Assembly: GCA_963825865.1 (NCBI GenBank)
Contig: CAWGVG010000060.1
Location: 192,001-256,000 of the forward strand
Length of the DNA stretch: 64,000 nucleotides
Direction of reading: 5' to 3'
Source of the DNA: an uncultured Nitrososphaeraceae archaeon
GTDB taxonomy: Archaea > Thermoproteota > Nitrososphaeria > Nitrososphaerales > Nitrososphaeraceae
Shown: in pieces, positions 58,615 through 64,000 of the stretch
Layout: every line of letters begins with the position of its first letter
Numbering within the stretch: the stretch's first letter is position 1
Position numbers and translations under genes: made by a program
Notes under the pieces: generated by a model
The model's database searches: none
What the model was told of the DNA's origin: nothing
Seen by the model: only the letters and a program-made list of their open reading frames with translations

Positions 58615-59761
58615 TATCTTTTTTGTATTTAGAGGCAAAAGAGGCTCTTCCTTTCCAAGTATCTCAACTATTTTCTCTGCTGAATTCCCGATACCGTAAG
58701 GACTACCAACTTTTTTTTCTGGAAGTTCCCCTAATTCGATTTTCTTAATTGACAGCTTAATTTTATAATAGTCAACCTCACACATTACAGTATGGCCAGA
58801 TAGGACGGACTCTGGTCTCTCTGTAGAACTGCGCAGGATCAAAGCATGCTTATTTATATGTGGAGAAGTCACTTCTTCCTGTACCTCCACCCGAGTCGCT
58901 GATTACAAATTTACATATTTTAAGAAGAGTTAAAAAATCAAAATAGCCAACTGGTTCAATTACTTTAATCGTCTTCGAAATGAGATCTTCAAGTCCAAAT
59001 TCGTGAATCCTTTTGACAGTGCGAGGATGCATAGGACAGATACAATAAAGAGCTGAATCAGACAACGCATTAAGTATTTGTTTTAAAGAATCGCGATTGT
59101 CTACATTCTCTTCTCTATGAAGAGTTAAAAGTACACAATTTGCAGGATCCATTTTTAATTTAATTTTGCTTAGAATATTCTCTCTATTATTATGGTTATG
59201 ACCATATCTAATACTGTCCGACTGCAAACATAATTCCACAGCATCTATGACTGTATTTCCTACCATGAATATACTTCCTTGAACTTGTTCATTTTTTAGA
59301 TTTCTTGCCGATTGGACAGTGGGAGCAAGAAGAACATTTGACACATGGTCCACCATGATCCGATTATACTCTTCAGGTGTTCTCCAGTCATAGCTTCTTA
59401 ATCCCGCTTCAAGATGAATTAGTGGAATTTTAGATTTTATGGCAGCTAATGCAGCAGCAACTACACTGTTGGTGTCCCCTTGAACTATAACCGATGATGG
59501 CTGAATTTCTTTTAGAAGACTGCCAACCTTTGGCATTATTTCAGAAAACTGTTCTATTGAACCAGAGCCTGGTGTTAAATTGATACTATGGTCAGGTTTT
59601 CGAATGTTAAAGTCTTCGATAAATTTGAGGAACAGTTCATAGTCATGATGCTGACCTGTATGGATAAATTTATAATCGATCCCCTTTAAATCGAATAATC
59701 TCATAAGAGGATACATTTTTATTATTTCAGGCCTCGTGCCTGTTATTAAAGCAAATGTCAT
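58540..59761 (-). CDS. wecB: UDP-N-acetylglucosamine 2-epimerase (non-hydrolysing), frameshift near 58890
   Basis: GTRPEIIK, HTGQH, VQGDTNS, HLEAGLRS, PEEYNR, GNTVID, TLHREEN, SDSGG/VQEE..LRSSTERPE, PYGIG. Confidence 0.92.
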
Positions 59762-59896
59762 TTTGTATCCTTTAAATTTTTTTTGCTATGATGAATTTCG
59801 CGTTCTCTTCACTGTTATGATTGTTTACAATGTTTTTGCCGATGGTTCTTATATCCATTTCACATTGTAAAATAAATTTTTTTTATTAAAGATTGA

Positions 59897-59943
59897 TTAA
59901 CATAGTTAAAGTTGTGATTAACCATGTCAATTAACATAGTTAG
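59897..59943. promoter_or_regulatory. Three TTAAC-N3-GTTAA-type boxes between divergent wecB and GH26 genes
   Basis: TTAACATAGTTAA (59897), TTAACCATGTCAA (59918), TTAACATAGTTAG (59931). Confidence 0.6.
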
Positions 59944-59984
59944 CTAAACTTGAATAAATCCTAACCTCTCCCCTGATCTAAATA

Positions 59985-61229
59985 TTGTCCAGAGAATATA
60001 GGATGACGATAAATGCTGCTGTTACTACTTTATCATTATTATTATTGTTATCTGCGATAGTGATGCCTGTGACGAATATACGGGCAGACAGTATAAACAT
60101 AGAGCATAAAAATAACACTGTTCCTGTGCGCACTAGCATGAAAGACGGGATTAGTACCTCTCAAAATATATCAGCTTTGTCTATAAAGGTTGGTCCACCA
60201 AGTAAGGGAGTATATCAGAGCGCTCTTACGGATTTTGGAGGCGCTGAAGATGAAGTTACTTCACAAAAAATTATTGATTATGAAAAGTTGATAGGCAAAA
60301 AAATTGTATGGGCATATTTTTCTAATAACTGGGGATCAGGAATAAAATTTCCAGAGACAGCCGTCAGGGCCATTCACAGTGTTGGTGTTATACCCTTTAT
60401 TAGAATGATGCCCCGTACTGCTTATACAGATGGCGTAGCGGATCCAATATATACTCTACAGGGTTTTATTGAAGGGAAATTCGATATTGATTTGAAAAGG
60501 TGGGCTCAAGACGCAAAAAGAGTTGGTATCCCGATAATGGTAGAGTTTGGAACAGAAGTTAATGGTGGGTGGTTTCCATGGAGTGGAATACTTAATGGTG
60601 GAGGAAAAACAGATGCGTACGGAAACACTAATTATCCTGATGGTCCAGAAAGATTTAGAGACGCTTATAGACACATAATAGATTTATTCAGAAAAGAAGG
60701 TGTGAATAACATTACATGGTGTTTCCATGTTTATCCACCACAAGAAACAGGAGAAATAAAGGAGCTCCATCAATCTTGGAATAACTTAATAAATTATTAT
60801 CCTGGTGATGATTATATTGACTGGATAGGAATCAGCATATACGGAGCCTTCGATCGAGGAACAACATGGAATTCTTTTACAGATATACTTGACCGCGTGT
60901 ATCCGGAACTTTCAGCAATTTCCCTTAAAAAACCGCTTGCTGTTTTTGAATTTGGTGTTCTGGAGGATCCCACTCAGGGAAACAAGAGTGCATGGATCCA
61001 AGATGCATTACAGTCGATTGAAAATGGAAGATATCCACGCATTAAAGCTATAAGTTACTGGAATGAACAGTGGAATGACTGTACTGTTGTATGTTTACCT
61101 GGATTAAATGGCGTCATCAATCTAAAATTAGATTCCTCGACTAAAACCGCAGAAGTATATAAAAAAATGATCGCTTCCCCATTCTTCGTAACAGAACCTA
61201 ACTACTCTTACGGCAAAGGCAATAGATGA
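59985..61229 (+). CDS. Secreted GH26-like glycoside hydrolase
   Basis: Signal peptide; PFIRMMP, GTEVNGGWFPW (acid/base Glu), YYPGDDYIDWIGIS.Y, KPLAVFEFG (nucleophile Glu). Confidence 0.88.
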   Translation: MSREYRMTINAAVTTLSLLLLLSAIVMPVTNIRADSINIEHKNNTVPVRTSMKDGISTSQNISALSIKVGPPSKGVYQSALTDFGGAEDEVTSQKIIDYEKLIGKKIVWAYFSNNWGSGIKFPETAVRAIHSVGVIPFIRMMPRTAYTDGVADPIYTLQGFIEGKFDIDLKRWAQDAKRVGIPIMVEFGTEVNGGWFPWSGILNGGGKTDAYGNTNYPDGPERFRDAYRHIIDLFRKEGVNNITWCFHVYPPQETGEIKELHQSWNNLINYYPGDDYIDWIGISIYGAFDRGTTWNSFTDILDRVYPELSAISLKKPLAVFEFGVLEDPTQGNKSAWIQDALQSIENGRYPRIKAISYWNEQWNDCTVVCLPGLNGVINLKLDSSTKTAEVYKKMIASPFFVTEPNYSYGKGNR

Positions 61230-61344
61230 AAAATAGTTTGATTGAGGCTTATTGCTCATCGTGATATATGTTATGTTACACTTTACTTTTTTGTTATATC
61301 ATCATTGTTTCTAGAATTAATTAATACCGAATTTGGAGTAATTA

Positions 61345-62472
61345 TCACAATACTTTTCTTTTTAGGTGTTGCTGCAATAGAGCTAGATCCTGAATAGAAA
61401 TTGTGTTCAAACTATTCTTTAACGATCCAGAGACTTTAGGTGTAATTTTTAATGATCCTTCAATATCTGAAATAAGATGACTTTTATCTGTTATAAGCCC
61501 CATTTTTTTTTCTGTAGGTCTATGAGTGGCATTATTGCAGTCGGCCGATTCAGTATCACCTTTTCGGGGATCAAAGCCTATAATTGTGTCAAAACCTCCA
61601 GGTCCGCATATGAAGTGTTGAGGACCTGGGCCTCCTATCAGAGTATCATCGCCAGCACCTCCATTTAATGTATCATTTCCTGGACCGCCAATGAGTACAT
61701 CATTGCCATTACCGGCTATTAACAGGTTATCTCCACCACCACCAACTATAAAGTCATTATCATCGTTACCTTGAAGTACATCGTTTCCTGGACCGCCAAC
61801 TATTACATCGTCTCCTGGACCGCCTTGAACATTGGCACCACTTTTTGATAGAGCGAATATTTTATCCTCTCCAAGCCCGCCTTGAATTGTGTTGTTGGTA
61901 CCATTAAACGCAAATATCATGTCATCTCCAAGCCCGCCTTGAATTGTGTTGTTGGTACCATTAAACTCAAATATCATGTCATCTCCAGGACCACCATCTA
62001 TTTTGTTGGTGCCGAACATGGCAAACATAGTATCATTTCCCTCACCACCATTGACTACATTCCTACTACTACTGCTGCTAACAGTCATTATTGTGTCATC
62101 TCCGGGACCACCATCAATAAAGAAATTGCCAGATAAACCAAATATTGTGTCATCCCCCAGACCCCCGTCAATATGGGAACTGCCAGCTCCACCAAATATT
62201 GTGTCATCTCCTAAAGCACCAATAAGTGTGTCATTACCACCGTTACCAAATATTGTGTCATCTCCAGGTCCACCATATATAGTGTCACTCCTATCAGTAC
62301 CTATAAGAAAGTCATCCTGTTCTGTACCATTTATCTTATCTCCTTGCGCATGTGATACTGGTAGAGATAATGAAAGGAGTAATGATGATAGAGCAATTAA
62401 TCCGGATATTAAGAAAATCGCATACATATTTCTTCCTTTGCTTGTCGCGGTGATATATTTTATTTGATTCAA
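61345..62472 (-). CDS. Secreted RTX repeat protein
   Basis: Signal peptide, many GGxGDDxI nonapeptides, cap HFICGPGGFDTIIGFDPRKGDTESADC. Confidence 0.9.
   Translation of the reverse strand: MNQIKYITATSKGRNMYAIFLISGLIALSSLLLSLSLPVSHAQGDKINGTEQDDFLIGTDRSDTIYGGPGDDTIFGNGGNDTLIGALGDDTIFGGAGSSHIDGGLGDDTIFGLSGNFFIDGGPGDDTIMTVSSSSSRNVVNGGEGNDTMFAMFGTNKIDGGPGDDMIFEFNGTNNTIQGGLGDDMIFAFNGTNNTIQGGLGEDKIFALSKSGANVQGGPGDDVIVGGPGNDVLQGNDDNDFIVGGGGDNLLIAGNGNDVLIGGPGNDTLNGGAGDDTLIGGPGPQHFICGPGGFDTIIGFDPRKGDTESADCNNATHRPTEKKMGLITDKSHLISDIEGSLKITPKVSGSLKNSLNTISIQDLALLQQHLKRKVL
61868..61987. repeat. 57-bp tandem duplication (19 codons) inside the RTX gene
   Basis: Two units starting at 61868 and 61925 differ by one base. 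Confidence 0.85.
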
Positions 62473-62569
62473 TATGGTCTATTTTTATTAGTATTACTGC
62501 TGCCTGCAGTAATATCGTTAATGAAACTCTTGCTTCCTATGACTTTTTTAACTTATCCAGCATACCTTA

Positions 62570-63133
62570 ATAGCAAATCATCAAAGTATAGTTATCGTAT
62601 GCAGCGGCTGTAAATGAAGGTTTGATAAATGCAATATTGATTTTTTTATTAATCCCTCCACCATGAATACCTTTTTCAAAAGTTGACGGTATTATTCCCT
62701 TACTTCTGAGGGAGTTGTGCGGAAGGATATGATTTTTAGGCAGGGAAATAGAATGTGCCTTTAAATAGTCACCATTCTTATTATCTACATTATTATTTAT
62801 GTTGTCTCTTTTTATTTCGTTTATAATTGAAGGTAAAGATCTTGTAACTGCTCATAATGTTGACTTTAAATGTGAGGAAGATGAGGAGGTTGCTGTTATT
62901 TCTGTTGTAGGTGTTACCTTATTTGTCGATCTAACTGATGTTGTGGCATATAGAGGCTTTTCATTTACTTTGGCCGGATAACTAATTTCGGCTGCATAAG
63001 CGCAAGATTTGTTATTTAATAAAAACCATGCTATAGATGAAGCTATAAGTACGTCAAGAACTAAAATTACAAGTATTGAAAATATGCATCTTGGCCGTGC
63101 TTTAATATTCCATTTTTTTAACAATAGCAACAC
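62570..63133 (-). pseudogene. Truncated paralog of the 32527-33789 dimethylformamidase-like secreted protein
   Basis: KVNEKPLYATTSVRSTNK versus KVNGKALYATAASARSTNK; KINIAFIKPSFTAAAYDN near 62590-62645, then breaks off. Confidence 0.65.
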
Positions 63134-63194
63134 CTATTTTGCTAATATGCATTTTTTCAGAATAACCGCAGAATGTTTAATATATTGATTAACA

Positions 63195-63838
63195 CTAGGG
63201 TATTCCTGGAATTCGTGGTAGTCCAGATGATGTAATAGCAGTTGTTGCATCATCAGAACTATTGTTTTTTTCTAATGTTCCTGACTGTTGTTGTTGTAGC
63301 TTCTGTGGTTGTTGTATTGTTGCCGCAGAAGTCACAGCCGGTGGTATCCGGTAACATTTACACTATTATATGAGACTACAGAAGGATCGTTTATACAACT
63401 ATATTTAGATGTAATCCTGTTATTTGGTCCCGGTGCAATTGCAGCATATTTGGGGGTTAGGATAAAGTTCCATTTTGAGTAATCTTTAATCCCCCCTAAT
63501 CCAGTGGCAGTAGCTGATTGATACGGCTTGACATGATTTACAATAACAGAAACCTGGCAATTGGAACTTGCGTTGGCTAGAGAAGTACCAGTGATTGTAA
63601 GGTCTTTTCCAATTGGTACTTGTTGACTTTTGATAGGTGAAGCTATTTTTACAGCATGGATCTTAGAGGATAATGGCGATGGAGTTGGCGATAGCGATGG
63701 TGGTGGTTTTGATTGAGCGGGTTGTTGTGGCTTGATTGGCTGTGCTTGGGATGTATTTATCAAAACAGACGGAGTCAGCATCATAAATAGTGCAAAAGAG
63801 ACAAGCATGAATGCTTTTGAATTCAATTCAAAATTCAA
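63195..63838 (-). CDS. Secreted protein with an Ig-like domain containing two Cys; frameshift near 63345
   Basis: Signal peptide, Pro-rich linker, VKIASP..QQVPIG..LTITGTS..CQVSV...KPYQ..DYSKWNF..NRITSKYSC. Confidence 0.7.
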
Positions 63839-64000
63839 TTACAGCATAGCCTTTGTCATAATACAATTATAAAAAAATTCCTTAACTAAGTTCTGTCTGT
63901 TCATTTGAAGACATGTCTATCTTGGGACGTGCCTATCTATCTATATATCTATGTCACTTTACTGAGATTACATTCTATATGAAATTATATGCAACTCTAT

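Overview
AT-rich (roughly one third GC by eye) accessory region that looks like a soil ammonia-oxidising archaeon (Nitrososphaerales-like). The assignment is inferred from gene content: archaeal Hsp20, UPF0147, HTH_45 and Lrp regulators, COG1361, RTX-repeat and YVTN secreted proteins, and TATA/BRE leaderless promoters. I found no rRNA, tRNA, CRISPR array or intact transposase. About 25 genes carry frameshifts (uncorrected long-read indels and/or real decay), and many intergenic stretches are gene debris. Content: three HiPIP-like Fe-S protein genes, an orphan m4C DNA methyltransferase, two GT4s, HtrA, Hsp20, several Cys/His zinc microproteins, DUF47, DEAD-box and XPB-like helicases, nitroreductase, three RTX proteins, an ABC ATPase/COG1361 pair, a general-stress cluster (YsnF x2, phasin-like, DUF2795, LEA-like, HAD), and a surface-glycan locus (wecB, GT2, GT-C fused to a PQQ sugar dehydrogenase, two GH26, an alpha/alpha-barrel protein). 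Best leads: (1) a 59-bp integron attC site (18511-18569) directly upstream of a GC-rich RidA-family cassette, i.e. a piece of a bacterial-type integron array in an archaeal chromosome; (2) signal-less HiPIP-like proteins, including a tandem one with a Cys-to-Ser ligand change; (3) the GT-C::PQQ-dehydrogenase fusion in a WecB/GT2/GH26 glycan locus marked by a repeated TTAAC-N3-GTTAA motif. All family assignments come from motif recognition, not database searches.
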